Below are positions 38,339-47,715 of a stretch of 64,000 nucleotides of DNA, in pieces. Location: assembly GCA_017601245.1 (NCBI GenBank), contig JAFNJB010000056.1, forward strand, positions 4,002-68,001. The letters run 5' to 3'. Under the pieces are notes generated by a model. That model was not told the origin of the DNA. It saw only the letters and a list, made by a program, of their open reading frames with translations, and searched no databases. Origin of the DNA: Candidatus Brockarchaeota archaeon (lineage in GTDB: Archaea > Thermoproteota > EX4484-205 > JAAOZP01). The translations under genes and the position numbers were made by a program. Within the stretch, counting starts at the first letter, position 1, and every line of letters starts with the position of its first letter.

Positions 38339-38977
38339 CTAAACCGTCTCCTCAATCTCCTCAAGCTTTGTTTCAAAAGCATGAAAGTTCTCGCTAAGGC
38401 TTTCAGTAGGTGAGATTACTCCTCTATTCCTAAGTACTTCCCTCGTCAAAAGCCAGTATACTAGGGCTAGGGAGCTACGTCCCTTGTTATTAGCAGGTAT
38501 TATGAGGTCTATGAAGGAGCATGAGTCATCGGTATCGCATATTCCTATTACTGGTATTCCTATTAGAGTCGCTTCCCTAATTGCCTTTTCATCAACCTTA
38601 GGGTCTGAGATTATCAGTATCTTAGGAGAAATATAGCCGTCATACTTCGGATTCGAGAATATCCCCGGCGGGAACCTTTCGACAATCGGTTTAAAGCCTG
38701 TGTATTCACACATTTTCAAAACAGGGGTCTTACCGTAGTCCTTACCAGATACTGCAACTACTTCGCCCGGCTCGTATCTCGCCAGGGCCTTGCCTGCGAC
38801 CCTTATCTTCTCATCAGTCTGGGATATTTCGATGAGGTTAAGGCCGTCTGGTCTTGTAAACCTGACGAAGCGTCTCATACAGGTAGTGCAGACTTTAGTG
38901 CCTATGTGAACACCCGCAGCAATATACTCCGTCCTAAGGACGAGCAGTCCTTCTCCACTTTTTCCAGCTGTACTCAT
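38339..38977 (-). CDS. rps2: 30S ribosomal protein S2
   Basis: uS2 pattern. Confidence 0.85.
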   Translation of the reverse strand: MSTAGKSGEGLLVLRTEYIAAGVHIGTKVCTTCMRRFVRFTRPDGLNLIEISQTDEKIRVAGKALARYEPGEVVAVSGKDYGKTPVLKMCEYTGFKPIVERFPPGIFSNPKYDGYISPKILIISDPKVDEKAIREATLIGIPVIGICDTDDSCSFIDLIIPANNKGRSSLALVYWLLTREVLRNRGVISPTESLSENFHAFETKLEEIEETV

Positions 38978-39198
38978 CTTCTATACTCCTCCCCAAGCGA
39001 TACTCCTCCGGAGTAAGACAGGAGTTCGTCGATATAGTCAACGTGGGAGATAAATATTCTCCTACAGCATATTCTAGTAATATTCATGGAATCCAATACT
39101 TTCTTTGGATCCTCTCCTGAAGAAACCCTCCTACGATACTCCTCCCAGAGATGCCCTATAACCTTGCCGCACGTGAAACATCTTATTGGAAACATCAT
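38974..39198 (-). CDS. rpoN: DNA-directed RNA polymerase subunit N (Rpo10)
   Basis: PIRCFTCGKVIG...ITRICCRRIF zinc motif. Confidence 0.85.
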   Translation of the reverse strand: MMFPIRCFTCGKVIGHLWEEYRRRVSSGEDPKKVLDSMNITRICCRRIFISHVDYIDELLSYSGGVSLGEEYRR

Positions 39199-39209
39199 AT
39201 CCTAACCAC

Positions 39210-39623
39210 CTACCTGTAGCTCTTTTGGAATCTTCTCCTGGCACCTATTCCGCCGAATTTCTTAGGCTCCTTCCTACGCGGGTCTCCCGATAGCAAGTGT
39301 CTGTCGAATTCTTTGAAAAGGTTCCTAATGCTGGCACTCCTAGTCCAGCTTGTTATCGCCCTCGCCAGAGCCTGCATAACTGCCCTAGCTTGAGAAGCAT
39401 GACCCCCACCCTTTACATTAATTTCGATATCAACATCTTTAAACTGCTCCGGCGCCAGCGTGACCGGTGTTAGGGCGAGCATTCTGTAAGGGTTGTAAAG
39501 CCAGTTCTCAGCTGGGAAGCCGTTTATCGTTATCCTACCCGATCCGGGTTTTACCACAGCTCTTGCGACAGACGTCTTTACGGAACCGGTTATTATAAGT
39601 GGCATCTTCCTAGGAGCAGGCAT
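39210..39623 (-). CDS. rps9: 30S ribosomal protein S9
   Basis: uS9 C-terminal signature GGGHASQA...KKFGGIGARRRFQKSYR. Confidence 0.9.
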   Translation of the reverse strand: MPAPRKMPLIITGSVKTSVARAVVKPGSGRITINGFPAENWLYNPYRMLALTPVTLAPEQFKDVDIEINVKGGGHASQARAVMQALARAITSWTRSASIRNLFKEFDRHLLSGDPRRKEPKKFGGIGARRRFQKSYR

Positions 39624-39625
39624 TT

Positions 39626-40066
39626 CTAACCAGCCTCCGGAACCTTGAAAATATCTTTAAGCTCTGAGAGCATGAAAGACCTTCTCCCGAGCCTACTGGC
39701 ATCCGCCTCTTCGAATCTCACCGGCTGACCTTTCAGATTACCGGGGTTTCCGATGTAAACCCTCAGCCTCCTGAAAGCATCCATACCCTTCTTCTTATCC
39801 ATTGGAAGCATCCCCCTTATGACCCTCCTAACGTACGTAGCTGGATTCCTCGGGTGGATTGGAGTATGCTTAGGGTTCCTCACGCTTTTTATTTCTAAGA
39901 ATTTAACATACTCCCTGATGAAACTATGCTTATCCCCAGATATTCTCACCTTTTCAACATTAACCACATGAACCCTATAACCCTCCAGTAGCTTCTTAGC
40001 TATGATAGAGCACATTCTGCCGAGTATTTGGTTTGTTGCGTCAACTACTAGAGTCTTCTCAGACAA
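39626..40066 (-). CDS. rpl13: 50S ribosomal protein L13
   Basis: uL13 pattern (GRMCSIIAKKLLEG). Confidence 0.9.
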   Translation of the reverse strand: MSEKTLVVDATNQILGRMCSIIAKKLLEGYRVHVVNVEKVRISGDKHSFIREYVKFLEIKSVRNPKHTPIHPRNPATYVRRVIRGMLPMDKKKGMDAFRRLRVYIGNPGNLKGQPVRFEEADASRLGRRSFMLSELKDIFKVPEAG

Positions 40067-40400
40067 TTATCTTCACCCCAGAGCCCTTCGGCTCAATCTT
40101 TGTGAACTCGTCTATCCTCATTATGGTGCACCCCGCAGCTTTAAGCTTGTTCAAGGCTGCGGAGGAGAACGAGAGGGCAGCGATAGTCACATTATGCTTT
40201 ATGTTCCCCCCGCCCAAGACCTTCCCGGGCACGACTACCCTATCACCCGGTTTCGTTAAACGAGCTATCTTGCCAATGTTTACCTCAACCCTCCTACTCC
40301 TAGGCCTTGAAAGTATCTCTTCCACTCTCTTCCAGAACCTGGATTCTTTAGCTGAGTTCTCCACCGCCAGCAACACCCTTCTCGCCACCTTGCTCCTCAA
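40059..40400 (-). CDS. rpl18e: 50S ribosomal protein L18e
   Basis: L18e pattern. 113 aa. Confidence 0.8.
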   Translation of the reverse strand: MRSKVARRVLLAVENSAKESRFWKRVEEILSRPRSRRVEVNIGKIARLTKPGDRVVVPGKVLGGGNIKHNVTIAALSFSSAALNKLKAAGCTIMRIDEFTKIEPKGSGVKIIV

Positions 40401-41028
40401 CTCCAGGGAGCGTGACAGAATCCATAAGCGTTTTAAACTTATCTCTCAGTATTCTAACGGCCTGTTTAAGGATCTCCAGGGCGGGTAGGGAGCCTGTAGA
40501 TTCTAGTTTGAAAATGAAGACATCCGGCTGATCTGTAAAGCTGTAGGTCGCAAGTGACGCAGGCTGCCACTTGGCATGCATCCTCCCCCTCCCCATTCTT
40601 GCTATAGCCTCTAATCTAAGCCTGCTCTTCGGGGGGATCTTGGTTATGGGGATGTTACCGTATACGGGGTATACTTCAGAATCCTTACAGACAAGGTCCT
40701 TAGAATAGACTGTAAGAGGCTCTTCCCCGGCTGAAACATCTAGGCTAAGCGTTGTGAAACATCTTTCCCCAGAGCCCCCGGCGCATTCCGGGGAATCCAT
40801 TGGGAGGTACTTGCCTATTGGAGTCTTCAAGGGTATTAGGCCGAGCCTGTGAGAAAGTATCTCATCGAACATCGGACCAGGGTTCTCAAATATGAATACT
40901 TCATGTATCGCGAGTATAGGAACTTCCTCCAGTATTGCTCTCCTTATCGCATTAACCATAGCCTCTGAACATCCGCTTATCTTAGCTTCCAGGTACTCTT
41001 CGCTCAGCTTCAGTATCTCAACTTTCAA
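40348..41028 (-). CDS. rpoD: DNA-directed RNA polymerase subunit D (Rpo3)
   Basis: Rpo3 fold pattern. TATA (minus) CTTAAATAC at 41053-41061, 29 nt upstream. Confidence 0.85.
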   Translation of the reverse strand: MKVEILKLSEEYLEAKISGCSEAMVNAIRRAILEEVPILAIHEVFIFENPGPMFDEILSHRLGLIPLKTPIGKYLPMDSPECAGGSGERCFTTLSLDVSAGEEPLTVYSKDLVCKDSEVYPVYGNIPITKIPPKSRLRLEAIARMGRGRMHAKWQPASLATYSFTDQPDVFIFKLESTGSLPALEILKQAVRILRDKFKTLMDSVTLPGVEEQGGEKGVAGGGELS

Positions 41029-41112
41029 CTTAGCTGAGAATCCTCCGGTAAAGTATTTAAGGGTTAGCGAGGTGGAGAACGCTTATTAACCTCCCCGATA
41101 ATAGAGCTATGC
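41029..41112. promoter_or_regulatory. Divergent promoter region between rpoD (minus) and inverted rps11 (plus). TATA-like boxes at 41053-41061 and 41083-41090
   Basis: GTATTTAAG is about 29 nt from the rpoD ATG. TTATTAAC is about 27 nt from the rps11 ATG. Confidence 0.4.
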
Positions 41113-41508
41113 GTGAGCACAGAGCCCGAGAAATACGCTGTTGTAAGAATATACTCCTCCAGTAACAATACTATAGTCCACGCTACTGATCCAAGTGGAG
41201 CCTATACCTTAGCGGTCTCCGCGGCGGGTCAACATGTTAAAGCAGATAGGCTAGGTGGCAGTCCATACGGCGCCATGATGGCAGCAACTGCAGTAGCAGA
41301 GGCTTTGAAAAAACAAGGTATTGAAATCATTAAGATAAGAGTTAGGGCTCCAGGCGGGATCAAGTCAAGGACACCGGGGCAAGGTGCTCAGGCGGCAATA
41401 AGGGCATTGACCAGGGCCAAGCTTAGGATAATATCTATCGAAGATGTGACTCCCATTCCAACCGATGGAACCAGGAAGCCCGGCGGTAGGAGAGGAAGAA
41501 GATTCTAA
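41113..41508 (+). CDS. rps11: 30S ribosomal protein S11 (inverted relative to the rest of the operon)
   Basis: SPYGAMMAA...[27 protein letters not shown]...[19 protein letters not shown]. Confidence 0.85.
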   Translation: MSTEPEKYAVVRIYSSSNNTIVHATDPSGAYTLAVSAAGQHVKADRLGGSPYGAMMAATAVAEALKKQGIEIIKIRVRAPGGIKSRTPGQGAQAAIRALTRAKLRIISIEDVTPIPTDGTRKPGGRRGRRF

Positions 41509-41996
41509 GCCGCTTTTGTTTCTTCAACAGTGCGTAGTCTTATCAGGGGTTCCTCATCTTTCTTAACGAAGTAACCAGGAGACCTCACAACTTGGTCGCC
41601 GATCATTATTTTCCCATGGACTATCGCTTGCCTAGCTGCATGGATCGATTTAGCCAAACCCTTCCTGTAAACGATTGTTTGAAGCCTCCTTTCTAAAATG
41701 TTGGAAAGGTTTAGGGAGAGAACATCATCCAACTTCGCGTCTTTTTCAACAAGGCCAAGCCTATGGAGCCTTGCTATGAGTTCAGACTCTCTCTTAATCC
41801 TCTCCTCACCAGTTAGGCTCAGGTACGAGCGTGCAGATGCTCTTATACCCCTCAGGAATGATGCAGCTCTCCAAAGCTCCCTCTTGTTTCTCAAACCGTA
41901 TTCTCCAACCAGTATTAACTCCTCAGCCAGCCTCTCCCTAACCCAGGGATGCTTAGGGTGGAGGATTTTACTCCTTATCCTACGCGGGTCCCCCAT
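41505..41996 (-). CDS. rps4: 30S ribosomal protein S4
   Basis: uS4 pattern with C-terminal S4 RNA-binding domain. Confidence 0.85.
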   Translation of the reverse strand: MGDPRRIRSKILHPKHPWVRERLAEELILVGEYGLRNKRELWRAASFLRGIRASARSYLSLTGEERIKRESELIARLHRLGLVEKDAKLDDVLSLNLSNILERRLQTIVYRKGLAKSIHAARQAIVHGKIMIGDQVVRSPGYFVKKDEEPLIRLRTVEETKAA

Positions 41997-42003
41997 TTCT
42001 CAA

Positions 42004-42471
42004 TCACTTGCCTCCAGTTTTAGCAGCACTCCTCGTAAAGCCAACCGGCGGGCCCGTCCTACCGGTCGTCCTAGTCTTCTGACCTCTTACTTTCAAACCT
42101 AGCGAATGCCTAACACCCTTCCAGCACTTCATCTTAATCATCCTTTCGATATCCATTTTCTGAGTTAACTCGAGCTCTGAAGTTATCAAGTGTTTATCCT
42201 CACCCGTTACGAGGTCTTTCCTCCTATTGAACATCCATACCGGGATATTCAAAGACTTCGGATTGTTTAAAGCAGCCTCTATCTTGGCAACCTCCTCCTC
42301 AGTCAAGTACCCCAGCCTAGTATCCATCGGTATGTTAAGGGCTATGCACAACGCCCTAGCAAAAGACCATCCTACTCCTTTAATCATTGATAGACCGTCC
42401 AATACCTTCCTCTTACCATCGCAGTCCGTACCTGCTATCCTAACTATCTCCCTGAACTCCCTGCTGCTCAT
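42004..42471 (-). CDS. rps13: 30S ribosomal protein S13
   Basis: uS13 pattern (IAGTD..G.KKV..L..I.G.G). Confidence 0.85.
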   Translation of the reverse strand: MSSREFREIVRIAGTDCDGKRKVLDGLSMIKGVGWSFARALCIALNIPMDTRLGYLTEEEVAKIEAALNNPKSLNIPVWMFNRRKDLVTGEDKHLITSELELTQKMDIERMIKMKCWKGVRHSLGLKVRGQKTRTTGRTGPPVGFTRSAAKTGGK

Positions 42472-42570
42472 CCGGTAGGCCTCAGAAACCTAAGAGGAGA
42501 GGTTATAAATATTATTATCCCTAGCTTGAACCCCTACCGTTAAAAAGCGTATACAATTATTTTTCCAACA

Positions 42571-42672
42571 CGCTGGGGAGGGGATTTGAACCCCTACGGC
42601 GCGTAAGCGCCACAAGCTTACTGAAAACAGGTTCTCCAGGCTTGCGCCTTAGCCAGGTTCGGCCACCCCAGC
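42571..42672 (-). tRNA. tRNA-Ser (anticodon GGA) with long variable arm and about 15-nt intron in the anticodon loop; no encoded CCA
   Basis: Hand-folded: acceptor GCUGGGG/CCCCAGC, G73, T-arm AGGGG-UUCAAAU-CCCCU, variable hairpin GGCGC-UUAC-GCGCC, anticodon stem CAAGC/GCUUG enclosing 22 nt (7-nt loop CUGGA.. plus intron). Confidence 0.6.
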
Positions 42673-43021
42673 CCGGTTTATTTTCAATTACCTAATGTTC
42701 TTAAAAGTTTTTTCCCATGCTCATTATTGAACCGACTGCAACATTAGCGCTATCTTCGGGCAATATCTATCTCCGTCAAACCAATTTTAAGTTTCAAATA
42801 AACACGTTTCAACAGCATGTTCTTACGCTTTTTAAAACTTTTAAAGAAAAACGGCAGGTTTGCTGAAAATGCAAATTATTCATGATCCTCTGAGGATGAA
42901 GTCATGCCGCAAATACGACTGTCTTAAACTCTTAAACTCGGATTTATACGCCGGGTGTCACCTTCCCAAGAGAGAGTATCGTCTTAAAAGTTTTAAAAAC
43001 GAGACTATAATAAAGCCTTTC

Positions 43022-44018
43022 TCAACCCCAAGTTTTTGGATATAGATTCCTGTCCATGACGACTCTTTCAACCGTTGCAACTATTCCGCTTTTAGCATGA
43101 ATGACCTCATCAGAATCCATTGTTAAAACTCCGAAGCCTACACACTCTCCCTTCAGAGTCTTTATACATACAGTGTCGCCCTTGGCAAGAGGATGATCTA
43201 TTTTAGAAACACCTTTTGCTGCAAGTGGTGCACCGTGCGCCACTGCAGCCACAGCACTATCCTTGATGTATATCGAGGGAAAGCCTTTTAGGGCCTCTTC
43301 TACAGGCCTGACCACCCTTCTTAGAAGCTTGTCGTCACCTTCCCTAGAGTATAAATACCACGCAGCGTACAGCTCGAGTAGTGTAGATGAAGAATCTTCA
43401 TTAAGGAATCCATCTCTCGTCCTTCTCAATTCAACCATGTGAGCACCCACACCCACTAAGAGCCCCAGGTCGTGGAGAAGCTTTCTTATGTAAGTACCCG
43501 GCTCCGTAACTACTCTGAATACGAATCTCCTTTCGACAATGTCCTCTATCGTAAACCTGAGTATAGTCCTCCTTCTTAAAGCCCTCTTTACAGAAGATTT
43601 AACCGGAGGCCTTTGATATATTACTCCGGTTAGTTTCTCAACCCATTTTCTCAAATCCTTCTCTTCGAACTCGCCATGCATCTCGCAGACTCCCACGTAC
43701 TCCTTGCTCATCATATGCAAATACTCAACAGCCTTCGTAGCGTCGTTAAGGCAAATAGGTAACACACCGGAAACGCCGGGATCTCCCCATTTCTTCAAGG
43801 GTCCCGGCGTGGCCGGCCTTCTCTACTCCAAGTATCTTCTTCACAGTCGACGATACGTCATGGCTCGACGGCCCAGGAGGCTTATCAAGATTTATAATGC
43901 CTAGTTTGAGAAGCCTTTCTACACTCCTCTTCTCAGGATACTCTCCGTAATTCGGGTCTGTCTCATACTCCTCCTTTACAATGGTCCTGAATTTAAGAAC
44001 GTCAACGAGGTTTCTCAA
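43022..44018 (-). CDS. cbf5: tRNA pseudouridine synthase Cbf5 (H/ACA RNP), split into two overlapping frames (43746-44018 and 43022-43798) by an apparent frameshift inside TruB motif II
   Basis: N-terminal frame ends ...ILGVEKAGHAGTL|EEMGRSRRF. Second frame begins KKWG|DPGVSGVLPICLNDATKAV and carries the PUA domain. Confidence 0.6.
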
Positions 44019-44295
44019 TCCTAACCAGCTCCACCATAAACTCTTTCAAGCCGCTTTTCTCTATAGCTGATAGCACAGTCTCGTCTTTAGCGTTTGCCCT
44101 TATCCTAATAGTCTCGTTAAGCGGGTAAAGGTGTATGATGTTCTTCTTACCCCTCTTGACCCCGTTCAGCTCCTTTGGGCCTGTTATAAGCACGTTAGAA
44201 TCGTCGACAAGCCCTACTATTACGCATTTCTTACCCTTATCTCTACCCCTCGTTATCACGCATATTCTCCCTGGACGTAAAACGTCCCTAGGCAT
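44002..44295 (-). CDS. rpl14e: 50S ribosomal protein L14e
   Basis: RPGRICVITRGRDKGKKCVIV KOW-like motif. Confidence 0.85.
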   Translation of the reverse strand: MPRDVLRPGRICVITRGRDKGKKCVIVGLVDDSNVLITGPKELNGVKRGKKNIIHLYPLNETIRIRANAKDETVLSAIEKSGLKEFMVELVRIEKPR

Positions 44296-44866
44296 TCTTC
44301 ACCACCCACTTCTCTTCCAGATAAGCTGAGACAGCTGTCTTAAGTATTCTACTCACGGAATCCTGGGATAAAAACCCTGTGTCTAAAACCATATCGTAGA
44401 AGCCTAAATCCTCTATGTTAAACCCGTAATATTCCATGAATCTCTTTTTCTCAGAATTCTCCCTGGCTATCGTCTCGGAGATAACCTCTTCTAAAGGCCT
44501 GTTTTCCCTGGAGGCGATTCTCTTACACCTGATTTCAAAAGGAGCTTTTAAGAATATTTTGAACGATTCAACATCCCTGGCGAACCATCCTGCCAGTAGG
44601 CTATCTAAAACGACGCCGCCTGATTCAAGCAGTGAGAGAGTCAAGCTATCTATCTCCCTGTCGAACTCGGGAGTCTTCATACATATTTCCGACAATTGGG
44701 CAATGGTAAGACCTCTCTCGCTGGCTATCTTCCTGAAGAGCATACCCGTCGAAACATATTCCAAGTTGAATTCCTCGGCTAGGGGTTTGGCATAGGTAGA
44801 CTTGCCTACGCCGTGCATACCTGTCAGAATTATTATTGGCCTATTCGGACGTTTCAACCTCGACAT
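44288..44866 (-). CDS. cmk: Cytidylate kinase, archaeal type (start at ATG 44866; the track N-terminus overlaps the upstream gene)
   Basis: P-loop IIILTGMHGVGKST. ATGA overlap with DUF106 gene. Confidence 0.8.
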   Translation of the reverse strand: MSRLKRPNRPIIILTGMHGVGKSTYAKPLAEEFNLEYVSTGMLFRKIASERGLTIAQLSEICMKTPEFDREIDSLTLSLLESGGVVLDSLLAGWFARDVESFKIFLKAPFEIRCKRIASRENRPLEEVISETIARENSEKKRFMEYYGFNIEDLGFYDMVLDTGFLSQDSVSRILKTAVSAYLEEKWVVKNA

Positions 44867-45321
44867 TATAGAGAAACCCCCAAAATCTTTCTGAAAAGCA
44901 GCATGAAGAAAAACATGCATATCCAGCACCATGCTGCCAGCGGTACTGGAATTGCCCCTCCCTCTCGAGAAATAGACGCTGAAAAGTAGCCTGCTATTTC
45001 GCCAAGAGGTATGAAATAGCTCATAGCTGAAAAGACTATGAAAGGCAGCATGTTAAGCATCATCATTTTCCATTGGAATGAAGAGATTTCCCTTTCAATT
45101 TGAGACATGTAGAGCTTCTGCTTATCCAGCTTCTTAAGAAGCTTATGGTCTTTAAGCCTTTGCGCGGCCTCGCGCTGCATTCTAAACGCCTTTAAAGCTG
45201 CCGATTTCTCTTTAACCTTCTCCGGGTGGAGTAAGAGCTTTATGGCTAAGACGGTTGTTAACGAGGAGAGTAGGGAAATAGCGGTTACAATCATCATGTT
45301 AGATAGTGACATACTATCCAT
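44866..45321 (-). CDS. DUF106-family membrane protein (archaeal YidC/Oxa1/EMC3-like insertase homologue)
   Basis: Three hydrophobic helices plus coiled coil. Conserved position after secY. Confidence 0.6.
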   Translation of the reverse strand: MDSMSLSNMMIVTAISLLSSLTTVLAIKLLLHPEKVKEKSAALKAFRMQREAAQRLKDHKLLKKLDKQKLYMSQIEREISSFQWKMMMLNMLPFIVFSAMSYFIPLGEIAGYFSASISREGGAIPVPLAAWCWICMFFFMLLFRKILGVSL

Positions 45322-45358
45322 CCGTTTTAGAAAGGGTGGATAAAATGTTTTCCAGAGG

Positions 45359-46771
45359 TTAGCCTCCTAAGAACTTAGCCAATTCTGGATGAGTCTCCAG
45401 AGTCTCCGTAAGGATGAGCTGGTAGTATTGCTGCACTATGTCCACTGCCAACAACACCCCCATGCCGCCACCTATCACCCCCAAGACGTCCCCTATGCCA
45501 GCAATCAAGCCTATTAACATGCCGCCGATAAAGGCCACCGTGTTTATGTATGGAGCTATCCTGCTTTCTATAACGCTCGGTGTAGACCTAAAGCCCCTTA
45601 GGAAAACATCCGACTCCACTAGCTGCGTTGAGATAGAACGGGCATCCATGCCAGAGACTGAAAGCCAGACCATGGAGAGCCCCAGGCTGAACAGTGTGAG
45701 TATTAATACGTATCCTATTGCGTGCAACGGCTCTTCTGCAGCACGTATAATACCCCTAGGTGCCGAAACAAGTTTAGCCAGGCCTGAAACAGGGACATAG
45801 GTATTGTTAACAACCTGCACCCTCCCTATTATGTCTCCTAAGGGTGTTTCAGCAAGCGGCGTATTGCTTAGGAAAGTCGCGATCATTACTATGTTGGTGA
45901 ATATTGCCGCAGTAAGTATCACGGGAATGTTTGAAACATAAAGCAGCTTGATTGGAAGGCCTCTGGTAAAGCCTCTGAAACGCCCATGAGAAATCGGGAT
46001 ATTTATGCTAACGCTCTCCAAGTATACCAATGCCAATATGAAGATTATAGTGAGAATAAGCTGGAAAAGCGTTGGGACAGTGGGCGCGCCACGGTAGAAG
46101 AAGCCGGTGAGAGGATTGCTCAACGTGAATATTTTTTGGAATAGGAATATTATCACGCCCCACATATAGCCGTCTGGCGCGTGCGCCAACGGGCTTAAAC
46201 ATTCCAACCATATCTCTTTAGCAACCCCTGCCAGTATGAATAGGCTTATTCCGCTCCCGAGGCCCCAACCCTTCTGGAGGATCTCATCCATCATTAGCAG
46301 TAACAGGGAAGATAGGAAGAGCTGTATCGTCGCTATCAACCTAGCCTTCAAGTTTTCCTCTATCAGTGCTCCACTGAAAACAGTTGAAACGGCTGAGAAG
46401 AGGATAATAGCTATAGTGAACAGTTTCGTCGCAACTTGCAACATCCTCCTATCATACTCTGAGCCCGGGTCGAACCTTATCAGCCCGGAGCCTGCAAGAA
46501 GCTGCACAAGCAGGCTACCGGTGACTATTGGGCCTATGCCGAGGTGGAGGAGAGAACCCTGTTGCCCCCCTATTATTATCCTCATCGCAGCCCAGGGGTC
46601 AGCACCCTGCTCCCTGGCTATTCCGTATAGGGGAATATAGCCCATGATTAAGTATAGCACTAATACAAGGCCAGTCCAAACCAGCCTAGTTGTAAAACCG
46701 ACTTTTCTAGTAGGCGCCTCTATCTGGAATACGTAGGGCTCGATCTTCTCCATCGCCTCGAGGAAGCCCAT
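45359..46771 (-). CDS. secY: Preprotein translocase subunit SecY
   Basis: 10-TM SecY pattern. 470 aa. Confidence 0.9.
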   Translation of the reverse strand: MGFLEAMEKIEPYVFQIEAPTRKVGFTTRLVWTGLVLVLYLIMGYIPLYGIAREQGADPWAAMRIIIGGQQGSLLHLGIGPIVTGSLLVQLLAGSGLIRFDPGSEYDRRMLQVATKLFTIAIILFSAVSTVFSGALIEENLKARLIATIQLFLSSLLLLMMDEILQKGWGLGSGISLFILAGVAKEIWLECLSPLAHAPDGYMWGVIIFLFQKIFTLSNPLTGFFYRGAPTVPTLFQLILTIIFILALVYLESVSINIPISHGRFRGFTRGLPIKLLYVSNIPVILTAAIFTNIVMIATFLSNTPLAETPLGDIIGRVQVVNNTYVPVSGLAKLVSAPRGIIRAAEEPLHAIGYVLILTLFSLGLSMVWLSVSGMDARSISTQLVESDVFLRGFRSTPSVIESRIAPYINTVAFIGGMLIGLIAGIGDVLGVIGGGMGVLLAVDIVQQYYQLILTETLETHPELAKFLGG

Positions 46772-47190
46772 TAAGCTTCACCCGGCTTAACTATCCTTCC
46801 TCCAGCAGCCTCAATCTTCAAACGTGCTTTCTCACTACACTGTGCAACTTTGACGACGTAGGGTGATGAAACCTCACCCGAGCCCAGGAGCTTAGAATAT
46901 CCATATGCATTAAGGTCTATGAGCATATCTCCCTCCGGTGTTCTAACGCCTATTTTACTATAAAGCTCATCTAATTCGCCGACGTTTACCTCCTTACCCA
47001 CGACCATGGGGACTTTTCTGACAAAGCCCTTATCCTTCTCCTCCTTGTAGAAGCTTAGAAACTTGTGGCCCATGCTCCCCGCCCTTCCAACGCCTCCCCT
47101 AGAACCGGACTTCCTGTGTTGTCCAACCTGTCCCCAACCGTGAGTCCGGCTTCCACGTAGCTTCCTTGTTTTCCTCAGCCTAGTTGGCAA
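46771..47190 (-). CDS. rpl15: 50S ribosomal protein L15
   Basis: uL15 glycine/basic N-terminus. Confidence 0.9.
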   Translation of the reverse strand: MPTRLRKTRKLRGSRTHGWGQVGQHRKSGSRGGVGRAGSMGHKFLSFYKEEKDKGFVRKVPMVVGKEVNVGELDELYSKIGVRTPEGDMLIDLNAYGYSKLLGSGEVSSPYVVKVAQCSEKARLKIEAAGGRIVKPGEA

Positions 47191-47237
47191 TTCTCGACAC
47201 CTGGAGAAAACGGAGTTTTTAAACGTTCTGTATTATT

Positions 47238-47690
47238 TCAGATCATCCTCTTCAATATTGTGTTTATCCTCTCACCCCAGTCTCCGAGGATACCTCCTTT
47301 CTTAACAGGCTTCTTAACGCTCCTTTTGAACCCTCCCTTTGGAGGAGTTAGCCTAAAAACAGGCTTAACCGGCTTGAGTGCTTGGCTTGGAGAATCGCTC
47401 ATCCACACCGCCTCCACAAGCTCGTCTAACGACTTGTAACGTGTGAATTTTGCAATGTTTTCATCGCTTAAACGCCTGTTCCCAGGTAGCCTACCTCTTT
47501 TCAACAAGAGTAGTCGAAGAGTATTCTTATCTATCCTGCCCCACATCAAGTAGTCCTTAGCCTTCTTCAACATCCCCTCTATTGACGGGGTTAGTCTAAC
47601 AAGCGTCGACGAGTTGACTCTCAATAGCCTCAGCTTACTGAGAGTAGTTGCCACTTCCCTGGTTACATTTACCGTACCCCTCACTCTCAC
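47238..47690 (-). CDS. rpl30: 50S ribosomal protein L30
   Basis: uL30 pattern. Confidence 0.85.
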   Translation of the reverse strand: MRVRGTVNVTREVATTLSKLRLLRVNSSTLVRLTPSIEGMLKKAKDYLMWGRIDKNTLRLLLLKRGRLPGNRRLSDENIAKFTRYKSLDELVEAVWMSDSPSQALKPVKPVFRLTPPKGGFKRSVKKPVKKGGILGDWGERINTILKRMI

Positions 47691-47715
47691 TACGGCGATT
47701 AGTGGAGAATTTTCC

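Noticed and set aside
42860-43045. 61-aa plus-strand ORF in the AT-rich spacer near tRNA-Ser
   Set aside because: Sits in low-complexity AT-rich DNA and overlaps the cbf5 3' end. No promoter spacing or conserved features. Treated as non-coding spacer.
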